DNA of 64,000 nt from a virus (Duplodnaviria > Heunggongvirae > Uroviricota > Caudoviricetes). Below, one piece after another: positions 19,800 to 28,949 of this stretch. The stretch's first letter is position 1, and every line of letters begins with the position of its first letter. The stretch is from the IMG/VR virus record IMGVR_UViG_2908567220_000002, positions 1-64,000 of that record. One strand, 5' to 3'. The notes beneath the pieces were generated by a model that saw only the letters and a program-made list of their open reading frames with translations, was not told the origin of the DNA and made no database searches. A program made the translations under genes and the position numbers.

Positions 19800-20374
19800 T
19801 GCGCTTTACCTCCCGTCGCCTCGTTGTACAGTTTCATGGCGTGCTGTGCCATCGCGTGCGCCTCCGTCGGTGCAGGGCGGACATCACGTCCGGTTCCCGG
19901 CTGTGGTACATGCTGCATACGGGCAGTCAGTCCGCCTTTCTGGCCTGCGCCCCCTGCCACCGCCGCTTTCATCACGGCTCTGGCCTGTTTCACACTCATG
20001 CGGGTGTTGAAGGCCAGCTCTGCGGCAAGGGCCGGATTTTTCGCTGCATACGGCGTGGCGAAGATGGCTGCGCAGCGATGACGTTCGCTGGCGCGGGCCT
20101 TTTCTTCGTCATCGTCGTCTTCTGCGTTTTCATCGTCGTCGTTATCGTCATCATCCGCACGGGAGCGCGCCTTACGGCTTTCGCGGCGGTCATCGTCGTC
20201 ATCCGCCTGCCCGTCGTCGTTATCGTCGTCATCCGCACGGGAGCGCGCCTTACGGCTTTCGCGACGGTCCTCGTCATCCTCCGCATTCTCCCCGTCGCGT
20301 TTGTCCTCCGGATCGTCATCCATTCGCGAACGACCGCCCATGCCTACCAGGTGCATGAAAGAAAATTTACCCAT
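19796..20374 (-). CDS. Putative capsid scaffolding protein with highly acidic tandem repeats
   Basis: 192 aa between protease and decoration genes; 78-bp unit repeated twice (20151-20306) encoding RRESRKARSRADDDDNDD. Confidence 0.45.
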   Translation of the reverse strand: MGKFSFMHLVGMGGRSRMDDDPEDKRDGENAEDDEDRRESRKARSRADDDDNDDGQADDDDDRRESRKARSRADDDDNDDDENAEDDDDEEKARASERHRCAAIFATPYAAKNPALAAELAFNTRMSVKQARAVMKAAVAGGAGQKGGLTARMQHVPQPGTGRDVRPAPTEAHAMAQHAMKLYNEATGGKAQ

Positions 20375-21227
20375 TGTTTGCTGTCTCCTTTAACAGAAAA
20401 GAAAAGGCCTCATCCGGCGACATCACGTCGTCGGCAAGCCCTGCCTGCACCCCTTCGTCAGCCCGCAACGTCCGGGCCTCAAGTGCACGCACCGCATCCG
20501 CGCTGATGCCACGGTTGCGGGCAACGGTTTCGATAAAAAGCGTGCCTGCAGCGTCAGTGTCCGCCTGAAGTGCCGCCTGTGCCGCCTCACTCAGCGGACG
20601 CAGCGGACTGGTCTCCGCCTTCCGGCTGCCGCAGGTGATGATGGTCACGTTCAGCCCCTCATCCTTCATCTGGCGCGACATGTCACAGTGCACGTAGATG
20701 ACACCGACGGATCCCACGCCGCCCGTGCGGGGGACCAGGATCCGGTCGGCGGCGCTGGCAAGGGCATAGGCCGCCGAGTACGCCGACTCCGAGAGAATGG
20801 CGTGCACCGGTTTCTGCCCGCGACAGGCAAAAATCGTGTCCACCAGGTCAAAACACCCGGCCACTTCTCCGCCGGGTGAATCGATATCAAGACAGATGCC
20901 CTTCACATCAGGGTCGTTAAGCGCCGTCAGAAAATTTCGCCGGATGCCGTCATACCCCGTCATGCCGGAGTAAGGCCGTAGCGTCCCCAGTTTCTGTACC
21001 AGGGTGCCGTGCACGGGAATGATGGCGATCCCCTCCAGAATGTCGTACCCGCTTTCAGGGGCGGGACGGCAGAAATCGTCTTCATCATCGTCATACCAGG
21101 CCCCCGTTTTTATCCGGGTGATCCCGAGTCGTTCTGCCAGTGCCGTAACAATGATTTCCGCTTTTCGCGGATGAATGGCCAGCGGCGTGTTCAGCAGGCG
21201 CTGGCTTAACAGTGCAAGTTGATTCAT
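20367..21227 (-). CDS. Head maturation protease (S49/ClpP-like, lambda gpC family)
   Basis: 286 aa, downstream of portal; S49 peptidase-like motifs. Confidence 0.75.
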   Translation of the reverse strand: MNQLALLSQRLLNTPLAIHPRKAEIIVTALAERLGITRIKTGAWYDDDEDDFCRPAPESGYDILEGIAIIPVHGTLVQKLGTLRPYSGMTGYDGIRRNFLTALNDPDVKGICLDIDSPGGEVAGCFDLVDTIFACRGQKPVHAILSESAYSAAYALASAADRILVPRTGGVGSVGVIYVHCDMSRQMKDEGLNVTIITCGSRKAETSPLRPLSEAAQAALQADTDAAGTLFIETVARNRGISADAVRALEARTLRADEGVQAGLADDVMSPDEAFSFLLKETANNG

Positions 21228-22864
21228 GAAACATCAGGCTCCTTCGGCTCTGCCGGGTCACTGCCCGTCGGTGTGGGGGCAAACTGCTCTGCCTGAAACC
21301 AGGAAGGCGGTGTCAGGCCTCTTTCCTTAAAGGCCCGCTCTTCTCGCGCCCGCTGATCGAGAATGTCCTCGAAATCTTCCCCCACGTTCTCAGCCACTTC
21401 GATTTCCAGCGTGGACATGCCGGCCTCCATCGCCAGAATCGCCCCTTTTTTCTCCGCGACCGGATCCACCCAGCCACGCCCCGGTCCCATCCAGTGGGCA
21501 CGGGTGTAAGCGGCCCGCGCCGCCAGAAAATCCGGTGCGCCTGCAGGCAGCGGCAAATCCTCTTCTTCGTGCAGCTCTTCCAGAAACGCCGTCAGCACCG
21601 GCTGGGCAAAGCCAACCGCAAACTCATCACGACGGCGGGTCAGTGTTTTCCACGCCTCAAGGAGTGCCGCGCGGGCAGAGCTGTAGTTAACGTCCGACCA
21701 GTCCTGTGTCACCTGCTGGGTGGACAGACCCAGTGCAGCGGCAATATTCCTGAGCACCGTGCCCTCGAACTCCTTAAAGTTACTGACCGGGCGGGCGGCG
21801 CTCACGGCTTTTGGCTCTTCGCCGGGGAACGTGATGGGAATACGCACGCCCGACATCGAAATCCGGTTAGTATCGTGATACTTCATGCGCGCATCCTGGT
21901 AGCCATTAATCACCTCCGCGTCACTCATCAGATCTTCTGTCAGTTTCGGGTCATAGGGCGACGTGATGAAAAAACCGAACATGGCATTGATGATGGCGGC
22001 TTCCAGCTCCACCTGGTCGTACTTGATAAGCATTTTCAGACGCTGAACCACGGGATTGAGAATACCGACACCACGATGCTGGCCCGCACGGTCATGATCA
22101 AAGTCATGCACCACCACCGGCCTTCCCCACGACGTTTCACGCGGCACGCGTTCCCAGTGCATCGTGTCACTGCCGCTCCACCAGTCCCCCATGTGTGCGG
22201 ACCGGATGTGATAGGCTACCGGCACCCCGTCCGCGTCAATTTCCACACCGCCACGAATATGCGGCATGTCAAACGCATCGTTCGGGTTACTCAGCCGGTC
22301 GGGGTCAATCACCTGTACCACCGTACCGTAACGCCCGCGACCGGGGGCTATTCTGTCCGGTCGCCAGTGGATGACCGCCAGCGCATCGCCGTCGATCATC
22401 TTGTGGCGGAATGCCAGCCGGAAAAGCTGCGGCAGGGTCTGTCTGCGTTCAAGGTCGCAGTAACACCCGGCATCACTGGCCCAGTTGCGCCAGTGTGCCT
22501 CCACACAGCGCCCGTACTCATCCGCCCAGTCTGCATCAAATGCCCGGTTGCCGGTCATCTCTGCCAGCATCCGGTAGTCAGGCTTCATCCTCGGGCGAAA
22601 AACCACCCCCATGGCATTGTCCAGCAGACGGGTGATACTGCCATTCGCCCAGCCGTCATTGCGGACAAGGTCGCGCATTCTGGCAACCATACGGTTACGC
22701 CAGATATTCACTTCATTGTCCGGTGACCACAGTACCGGGTTCCAGCCCACCACCGAACCGTGCGAGAAACCGGCAGAGTCGTAGGGGATCCGCCCGCTGT
22801 CATTCAGTGCGCGTTTTTTTTCCGTCTGTTGCGGAAAAGGTCTGCCATTTTTATCGACTATCAT
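21224..22864 (-). CDS. Portal protein (lambda gpB family)
   Basis: 546 aa; between gpW-like and protease genes. Confidence 0.8.
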   Translation of the reverse strand: MIVDKNGRPFPQQTEKKRALNDSGRIPYDSAGFSHGSVVGWNPVLWSPDNEVNIWRNRMVARMRDLVRNDGWANGSITRLLDNAMGVVFRPRMKPDYRMLAEMTGNRAFDADWADEYGRCVEAHWRNWASDAGCYCDLERRQTLPQLFRLAFRHKMIDGDALAVIHWRPDRIAPGRGRYGTVVQVIDPDRLSNPNDAFDMPHIRGGVEIDADGVPVAYHIRSAHMGDWWSGSDTMHWERVPRETSWGRPVVVHDFDHDRAGQHRGVGILNPVVQRLKMLIKYDQVELEAAIINAMFGFFITSPYDPKLTEDLMSDAEVINGYQDARMKYHDTNRISMSGVRIPITFPGEEPKAVSAARPVSNFKEFEGTVLRNIAAALGLSTQQVTQDWSDVNYSSARAALLEAWKTLTRRRDEFAVGFAQPVLTAFLEELHEEEDLPLPAGAPDFLAARAAYTRAHWMGPGRGWVDPVAEKKGAILAMEAGMSTLEIEVAENVGEDFEDILDQRAREERAFKERGLTPPSWFQAEQFAPTPTGSDPAEPKEPDVS

Positions 22865-22872
22865 CGCTCACC

Positions 22873-23124
22873 TCAGTAACGCACGCTCAGAGACCTTCTC
22901 GTCCTTATCCCCAGCGCCCGCTGGAGCGTCGCGATCAGCGCCAGCAAATCAGCACTGCTGGCCTGTGAATAAGTCACGGTGCGCGTGCCGTCTCCCTGTG
23001 CATAGGAGAAACTCACGCCACGCCGCCCTGAAAGCAGCTCAATATAGGCCGCCTGAGCTTCATTCAGTGCCGCCTTCAGTTGTTCTTTTGACATTCCGGC
23101 AAACACGCCGGGGGGATTCATCAT
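22873..23124 (-). CDS. Head-tail joining protein (lambda gpW-like)
   Basis: 83 aa between terminase large subunit and portal. Confidence 0.65.
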   Translation of the reverse strand: MMNPPGVFAGMSKEQLKAALNEAQAAYIELLSGRRGVSFSYAQGDGTRTVTYSQASSADLLALIATLQRALGIRTRRSLSVRY

Positions 23125-25100
23125 CGTCTCACTCCTGCAAGCCTCATATGCAGCGGTATTTTCTTACGGGGTGTCTCCGGTGCTTTTGCGCCCGGCATAC
23201 TTAAACTGATTTTTTCTTCCGGCTGCGCGGGAGGCGGCTCCATGAATGACAGATCCTGCGCCGCCCGTTCAGCCAGACGGTTCAGTTTCAGACCGTGATG
23301 CAGCAGCCCCTTCAGGGCCGCGTAACCGTACACCATGCAGTCCAGCGCCTCATTCGCCCGTCCGGCAGACAGCTCCCAGACACGGTACACCTGCCCGCCG
23401 TTCTCCTTACGCACCAGACGCTCAGAGAGCAGCTGACTGAAATAATGCAAATCCAGAAACGACGGAAAATGGATACAGCCTGCGGCAGGCGCGCCTGCCG
23501 GATCCGGCTCAATATGGAGCCGGTGCCTGATGTCGTCCTTCGCGGAGTTCACCCCCAGAATGACGGGGCGAAAGGATTTCCGGTTGCGGGAAGAAACACT
23601 GCGCGTCGGCCAGACGGGATTACGTTTGCCGCCAGCGGCGGACTCACCTTTTGTCGCCCAGATACGACGCCCGATACGCGCCTTCGAGAACTCATACACT
23701 TTGTTGGTGTGATGACCGCCCGAGTCATGGCAGACCGCCGAGAGCGTCAGCCCGAAACCGTCAGCCCGCCGCCAGACCTGCTTCAGATACGCATCAAGGC
23801 GCTCCCACGGCTCTTCTGTTTCAAGGTCACCAAAAATCACGTCATGCGCAATCACCCAGCATTCTTCGTTCATGCCCCAGCCGAGAACGGTGATTTCGAA
23901 GCGGTCATCCTGTGTATCCACCCCGGCGGTGAGCAGGAGCACGCCATACGGCACCTCCGCCCCCCAGACCTCAACGCGGGCGATCAGCCGCTGCTCACTC
24001 ATCGCAAACTCGCCTGCATCCTCGTAAGGCTCGCCCAGCGTGGTATTGATGAATGTCTGGCGCATCAGCGGATCGTCCTTCACCCTCAGCCATTCGGCGA
24101 CCAGATTCGGCCAGGAGGCATTTGAGTGCGGGCTGTAGCCCGTCCAGATATGAAAACCGGCATGCCCCCTGAATGGTGCACCGGCACGCCATTCGCCTTT
24201 TGCCAGCATCCCGGGCAGTTCACTGTGCACAATCACACAGCCGTGGTGACGGCACAGATAGTAAGCGGTCTCCGGCAGCCCGTTACCTTCGCTGTCCTTT
24301 TCCCACTTGATGCCGTAAGGGGTGCTTTTGCTGCCCCACTCCAGCACCTGATATTCACCGCAGTGAGGACAGGGCACGAAGTAGCGGCGCTGATCGCTTT
24401 CCAGCCAGGCTTTTTCAATACGGCTCACGCCTTTCACGGTTGGCGTTGAGCCGAGAACAATCTTGCGGTTCCAGAAGGTTTCGGAACGTTTTGTTCCCAG
24501 CGCAATCTGATCCCCTTCGGACCCTGCGCCCCCTGCCGGATACCCGTCCACCTCATCAAAAAGGATGATGCGGCATGTGATACGGCGAAAACCGCCGGGG
24601 GAGTTGGCCCCGACCAGCGTGAGGTTTGCGCCGTTGGAAAAGGTTTTGCGAAGAATGGTCTGGTTGCTGTTTTTTGCCTTCGGGTCGCCGCTGATGGCTG
24701 CCAGCACCGGCGTGTCGCGCAGCATCGGGGCAATTTCGGTTTTACTGTAGTCTTCGGCATCCTCCACCCTCGGCTGAACCACCAGGATGGGGGACGGATC
24801 ATGTGCCAGGTAATAGCCCACCACATGATCAAGAATTTTCGTGTATCCCACACGGGCTGATTTCATCACCGACACATACGTGACTGACGGGTCGGTGATG
24901 GCATCCATCATGCCGTCCTGATAGGGATAGGAGCGGAATTTCCCCGTCTGGGCACTGGTCTCACGGGACAGTACAGCGAAGGTGTTGGCCCACTGACTTA
25001 AGGATAATGGAGGCGGAGGCGCAAGATAACGCGGACACGAAAGCAGCGCATCCTCAAACTGTATCTCCGTGGGTTTCGCGCCTGTCAAATGCAAGTTCAT
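23121..25100 (-). CDS. Terminase large subunit (lambda gpA family)
   Basis: 659 aa; follows the Nu1-like gene with overlap. Confidence 0.8.
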   Translation of the reverse strand: MNLHLTGAKPTEIQFEDALLSCPRYLAPPPPLSLSQWANTFAVLSRETSAQTGKFRSYPYQDGMMDAITDPSVTYVSVMKSARVGYTKILDHVVGYYLAHDPSPILVVQPRVEDAEDYSKTEIAPMLRDTPVLAAISGDPKAKNSNQTILRKTFSNGANLTLVGANSPGGFRRITCRIILFDEVDGYPAGGAGSEGDQIALGTKRSETFWNRKIVLGSTPTVKGVSRIEKAWLESDQRRYFVPCPHCGEYQVLEWGSKSTPYGIKWEKDSEGNGLPETAYYLCRHHGCVIVHSELPGMLAKGEWRAGAPFRGHAGFHIWTGYSPHSNASWPNLVAEWLRVKDDPLMRQTFINTTLGEPYEDAGEFAMSEQRLIARVEVWGAEVPYGVLLLTAGVDTQDDRFEITVLGWGMNEECWVIAHDVIFGDLETEEPWERLDAYLKQVWRRADGFGLTLSAVCHDSGGHHTNKVYEFSKARIGRRIWATKGESAAGGKRNPVWPTRSVSSRNRKSFRPVILGVNSAKDDIRHRLHIEPDPAGAPAAGCIHFPSFLDLHYFSQLLSERLVRKENGGQVYRVWELSAGRANEALDCMVYGYAALKGLLHHGLKLNRLAERAAQDLSFMEPPPAQPEEKISLSMPGAKAPETPRKKIPLHMRLAGVRR

Positions 25101-25671
25101 TCAGCGCCTCGTAAATCAGTTCCTGCAATGCCGCCGTGAATCCCTGATCGTCTGTCATCCCCGCCAGCGCCCGCAGACGGGGACCATGTTCCGGCGCAAG
25201 GGCAACAAGGCGCGTCCTCACCCGGGTATACTCCGCCCCGACCCGCTCAATGATGGGTTTCCAGGGAAGCAGTGTTCCTTTCTTTTCGTCATACTCGAGT
25301 TTTGCCAGCAGCGCGAAGTAGTTCTCTTTCATGGTTCTGGCTTCATCGAGCGTCATCATGGCTCCGTGGCTGGCAATGAACTGTTCGACCCGTGCTTCTT
25401 TCGATACATCAGAGGAGTCATCGTACAGGGCAATGCTGTTACCTTCGTTGTTACCCGGAGTGTTACCTTCGGATGTTACCCTGTTACCTAAAGTGTTACC
25501 TTTTTGCTCATTTTTTATTCGGGTAACAGTTTTCCGGTAACGCCGGATCCGCTCGTTTGAGGCATCAACATCGATGTCCTCACCGTCCAGAACCAGCCAG
25601 CCACGGGCCTTCCACGCCGTTACCGTCTTGCGACTGACACCGTGAAGTTTTGCGAATTCCGCCTGATTCAT
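25054..25671 (-). CDS. Terminase small subunit (lambda Nu1-like)
   Basis: 205 aa; N-terminal HTH-like MNQAEFAKLHGVSRKTVTAWKARGW resembles the Nu1 N-terminus. Confidence 0.7.
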   Translation of the reverse strand: MNQAEFAKLHGVSRKTVTAWKARGWLVLDGEDIDVDASNERIRRYRKTVTRIKNEQKGNTLGNRVTSEGNTPGNNEGNSIALYDDSSDVSKEARVEQFIASHGAMMTLDEARTMKENYFALLAKLEYDEKKGTLLPWKPIIERVGAEYTRVRTRLVALAPEHGPRLRALAGMTDDQGFTAALQELIYEALNELAFDRRETHGDTV

Positions 25672-25696
25672 CTGTTACCCTCTGTTACCTGTTACC
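25438..25696. promoter_or_regulatory. Array of GTTACC/GGTAAC hexamer repeats at the terminase small-subunit start; candidate terminase recognition (cosB/R-site-like) elements
   Basis: GTTACC at 25438, 25450, 25462, 25475, 25483, 25495; inverted GGTAAC at 25522, 25536; three more at 25674, 25684, 25691 just upstream of the ATG at 25669-25671. Confidence 0.4.
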
Positions 25697-25902
25697 CAAA
25701 TTTCAAAATTTTATAGCTAGCGAAACACCGCGCTCGCGCAATGCCCGTGCAATAAGGTCTCCAGGAAGGACCCGTTACCCTGCCAGGCGACAGTGTCGAC
25801 ACCCGCTTGCGGTTTCAAAAATCTCAAGATAACGATAAATCACAATGCCATCACAAAACCCTGTGATGATTTTTTCACGACTGATGGTTTTCATATATTT
25901 CC

Positions 25903-26106
25903 TCACGTTTCATCAGACAATAACGCAACCAGATGGCAGGTCGCCTCCTTATTAAGAGGGAACACGAGCGTTTCACCTCCTGTGCGGTGGATATACAATG
26001 TCCTGCCCCCGGATTCATCTCTTTCAACATCAAGATATGAAACAACGGGGCGGCATATCGCTATGCCGCGTTCGCTAATGTGAGTTTTGTTTATGAGGTT
26101 ATTCAT
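25903..26106 (-). CDS. Hypothetical protein
   Basis: 67-aa ORF between the cos region and lysis-distal genes. Confidence 0.3.
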   Translation of the reverse strand: MNNLINKTHISERGIAICRPVVSYLDVERDESGGRTLYIHRTGGETLVFPLNKEATCHLVALLSDET

Positions 26107-26191
26107 GGGAATACTCTCCGAATTAAATACACTTCTGGAAAAGATACCACTCTGAAAAAAACTTCAGTCAGTCCCACAGGAAATAGAAGAT

Positions 26192-26383
26192 TTGAAGCGA
26201 AGAGTTGCTGAACTGGAATCGAACCATTGTTCTGCAACCAGCGCACAATTCTGTCCCAAATGCCAAAAAGCGTCTTTTCAGCTCGACAGAACTGAAAATG
26301 ATCCAACGTTTGGAGTATTAGGCCTTCAGCGGGACATTTATGTTTGCAGAGTGTGTGGTGACTCTCGCCATGAATCACGTTAA
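26192..26383 (+). CDS. Small zinc-ribbon-like protein
   Basis: 63-aa ORF with CPKC...CRVCG; opposite strand to the surrounding late operon. Confidence 0.3.
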   Translation: MKRRVAELESNHCSATSAQFCPKCQKASFQLDRTENDPTFGVLGLQRDIYVCRVCGDSRHESR

Positions 26384-26431
26384 TAAAAACGCTGCTGGCA
26401 CGTTCTTTCTTCAGGGCAGCAATGCCCTGCA

Positions 26432-27097
26432 TCACTTCGCCGTCTTTAAAGCCTGTTCAAGCGCCACACTCAGCTCCGTCTTCATGAGACGCGATGCCAT
26501 GTTGTGTGCCAGCGCCTGATAACCCAGTACCGGCGTGACCGGCAGTGCATCACCAAAACGTATCAACAGCTTTGGTGAGCGGCTTTTTTTGCGGGGAGCG
26601 CGTGTGCCATTGGGGGAGCGTTTTCTCCGCTTCCTGGTTTTTGCCACTTTTTTCGCTTTCTTACGCTGCCAGACGCCACCAACATCCTCACCATAGTTGT
26701 TCGTCACCTTACCGATGAACACATCCGGTCTGGCCTTCAGCTGTTGCAGTTTTGCCTTTGGCAGGTTGCCGTATTTGTTCAGCCGGATATTTTTCGGGTT
26801 CAGTACAGCTTTCTGCCCCTCACCGAGATAATGCAGCCCGCCCACCTCAAAGGGTTCAAGGTAAGGCACGGCGGTATCCATGATGAACACCCGACCGGTC
26901 AGATTGTCCCTTGTTGCCCCTTTTGAGCGCACCGAGTTCACGGTGAACGGCGTCGGGTTATCCAGCTTCCGGCGAAGGTTTTCTTTCTCTGCCGCTTCAA
27001 TTTTTCTCACCGTGGCAGTGATGGCGCGCGCAGTGGCAAAACGCACCTGCTTCTGCATTCCCAGAAGCTGTCTGTGAAGGTCGTTAAGGTCAGCCAT
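26432..27097 (-). CDS. Hypothetical basic protein
   Basis: ORF 26432-27112; probable start MADLNDLHRQ; lysine/arginine-rich C-terminal segment. Confidence 0.45.
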   Translation of the reverse strand: MADLNDLHRQLLGMQKQVRFATARAITATVRKIEAAEKENLRRKLDNPTPFTVNSVRSKGATRDNLTGRVFIMDTAVPYLEPFEVGGLHYLGEGQKAVLNPKNIRLNKYGNLPKAKLQQLKARPDVFIGKVTNNYGEDVGGVWQRKKAKKVAKTRKRRKRSPNGTRAPRKKSRSPKLLIRFGDALPVTPVLGYQALAHNMASRLMKTELSVALEQALKTAK

Positions 27098-27156
27098 ATT
27101 CCACCTTCTCATGCTGCATTATCGCAGCCCCTCACTGAAGGGCTGCTGTAATGCTG

Positions 27157-27456
27157 TTACTCAGTAACTACCGCACCTTCCGGTAATTTCATACCGGCAA
27201 ATACCGGACAGCCCGGATGGCGATCATCTTCTGTTGCTTCCAGCATTGACTCACCAAACCACTCCGTTGTGGCGCGACCATCAGCTGCTTTGTAGTGGAT
27301 CAAGTACTGGTTTTCGCCATCCGCATACTGCGCGCGGGCTTTAATCTCACCCCATTCATCACTGATGCGCATCTCCACCAGTTGAGACAACTCAAACTTA
27401 AACGGAGCAGCATCAGCACCAATTACAAACGGTTTGTTTTCTGTTTTTTCCATCAT
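27157..27456 (-). CDS. Hypothetical protein
   Basis: ORF 27157-27504; probable start MMEKTENK. Confidence 0.4.
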   Translation of the reverse strand: MMEKTENKPFVIGADAAPFKFELSQLVEMRISDEWGEIKARAQYADGENQYLIHYKAADGRATTEWFGESMLEATEDDRHPGCPVFAGMKLPEGAVVTE

Positions 27457-27627
27457 CGTCTCCTGATATCTAAGCCCGTCGCCGCACCGGGTACTGATCA
27501 ACATTTGAGTATTCGCGGCGACATAAAGAATTTATTTTATTGAATAACCACAAACACAGAATTTCATGCTTTCCGGTCGCTGACGCACCCTTCATTTTTC
27601 AGCAAAATATTCTGCTCTTACAGGCGA

Positions 27628-27810
27628 TCAGTTCTGCAGACACTGCCGAACATCGTCGACAATTTCACAGACCTGAGAAGCTGTATCGAAAAGCTGGCGC
27701 GCTTTATCCAGGCTGACGCATCCCACCAGGAAAAAAGGCACCAGTATCGCTACCAGTGCCCATTTCACCGCCGCTCGCGGCATTCTGTGTGTCCAGTGTT
27801 TTCTGCTCAT
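27628..27810 (-). CDS. Small lipoprotein (possible outer-membrane spanin-like lysis component)
   Basis: Positively charged N-region, hydrophobic stretch, lipobox LVGC; immediately downstream of the endolysin. Confidence 0.4.
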   Translation of the reverse strand: MSRKHWTHRMPRAAVKWALVAILVPFFLVGCVSLDKARQLFDTASQVCEIVDDVRQCLQN

Positions 27811-27824
27811 AACCCACCTGGTTA

Positions 27825-28208
27825 TCAGCGTTTCAACTGAAAATGAGGTCCGTCTTTCAGTGTTTTCCAGTCGCCGCCCCATTCGATGGCAGTTCCCAGC
27901 TCTGCGGCAGCCTGCTTAAATGCCTGCGCGATTTTCTCGTACAGAGGCCAGTCCCATGACACCTGGCTGCCAATGTAGGCCACAACATCCACCGCATCAC
28001 CGGTCAGGTGGCGGCTGTTCATGGTCTGGCTTTTTCCTTCCGCGACCAGTTGTTTCTGGCGCTCTTTCGTGCGCAGACCTTCCGTAATACCAAAATCAAC
28101 CTCCGTCAGTTCAAGGGCACGGCGAACTACAGCAACCAGCTGTGGTCTGACACACTCCAGATTTTTCTCGCTCCGGCGGCTGAATCTGAATTTACCCGAC
28201 ATATTCAC
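27825..28208 (-). CDS. Endolysin, peptidase M15-like L-alanyl-D-glutamate peptidase
   Basis: 127 aa; motifs SRHLTGDAVDV and WGGDW typical of M15 zinc peptidases. Confidence 0.7.
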   Translation of the reverse strand: MNMSGKFRFSRRSEKNLECVRPQLVAVVRRALELTEVDFGITEGLRTKERQKQLVAEGKSQTMNSRHLTGDAVDVVAYIGSQVSWDWPLYEKIAQAFKQAAAELGTAIEWGGDWKTLKDGPHFQLKR

Positions 28209-28480
28209 CTCAACAATGGAAAGATTCTTGTGACGTTCCCGCGTGCGCGTATCACCAGCACGCAGAACAGCAGATTAAAAAACACCTCCAGCCAGCCCGT
28301 TGCTAACGAGCGACCACACAGATAGCTGAGGGGGGCAAAGGCATACAGCAGCATCAGCAGCCAGGCCAGCCATGACATCAGCGGTTTGTGCCTGGAGTCA
28401 CGACGACGATAAAAAAAGAGCGTCAGCACGATAACCGTGCATAACGCCACATTCAGCAATCCGGGAAGGTTACTTAACAT
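28205..28480 (-). CDS. Holin-like membrane protein
   Basis: 91 aa, two to three hydrophobic segments; between holin and endolysin. Confidence 0.5.
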   Translation of the reverse strand: MLSNLPGLLNVALCTVIVLTLFFYRRRDSRHKPLMSWLAWLLMLLYAFAPLSYLCGRSLATGWLEVFFNLLFCVLVIRARGNVTRIFPLLR

Positions 28481-28862
28481 TGCCGCCTCCTCCGCCCCGC
28501 AGGCGCGAGAACAGACCAGACACCAGTGATGCGATATCCTGCTGGTGGATGAATGACATAATCTTTACCGACACCAGCGATACCAGCACCGCACACAATG
28601 CATCTGCAGACGTGCCGTCATAACCAGTTTTTGATGCCACCCAGGCTGAAAGCAAACGCGCACCCAGTACGCCGACGATAAATGACACAAGAAAATGTGC
28701 CGCCACCCGCCATGCTGAAAGCGCCTGCGGTATCGTTGCAACAAACAACGCCCCCGCAAATGCGCCAAACACAATCCCGAAATCCGTTCCGGTAAACAGC
28801 CCGAAAACAGTCGCCCCACCGAGCGCAGCAGCTGTGCCGGAACCGGATAAGGGTTCAGACAT
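28470..28862 (-). CDS. Putative holin
   Basis: ORF 28470-28916; probable start MSEPLSGS; several hydrophobic helices; first gene of the lysis cassette. Confidence 0.5.
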   Translation of the reverse strand: MSEPLSGSGTAAALGGATVFGLFTGTDFGIVFGAFAGALFVATIPQALSAWRVAAHFLVSFIVGVLGARLLSAWVASKTGYDGTSADALCAVLVSLVSVKIMSFIHQQDIASLVSGLFSRLRGGGGGNVK

Positions 28863-28902
28863 ACTTTTTCTCCTGTAAATTAAAAAAGGCCACCAGCGGA
28901 CC

Positions 28903-28949
28903 AAAAAAAACACCACACCAAAGACATCCGCAGATGCCTTTGTGTGGTG
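28903..28949 (-). terminator. Rho-independent terminator immediately upstream of the lysis cassette (tR'-like position)
   Basis: 13-bp imperfect inverted repeat CACCACACCAAAG / CCTTTGTGTGGTG with 13-nt loop, followed on the - strand by a T8 run. Confidence 0.55.

Noticed and set aside
21494-22726. 410-aa ORF on the + strand
   Set aside because: Lies entirely antisense to the portal gene (21224-22864); typical shadow ORF in GC-rich coding DNA with Arg/His-rich low-complexity translation
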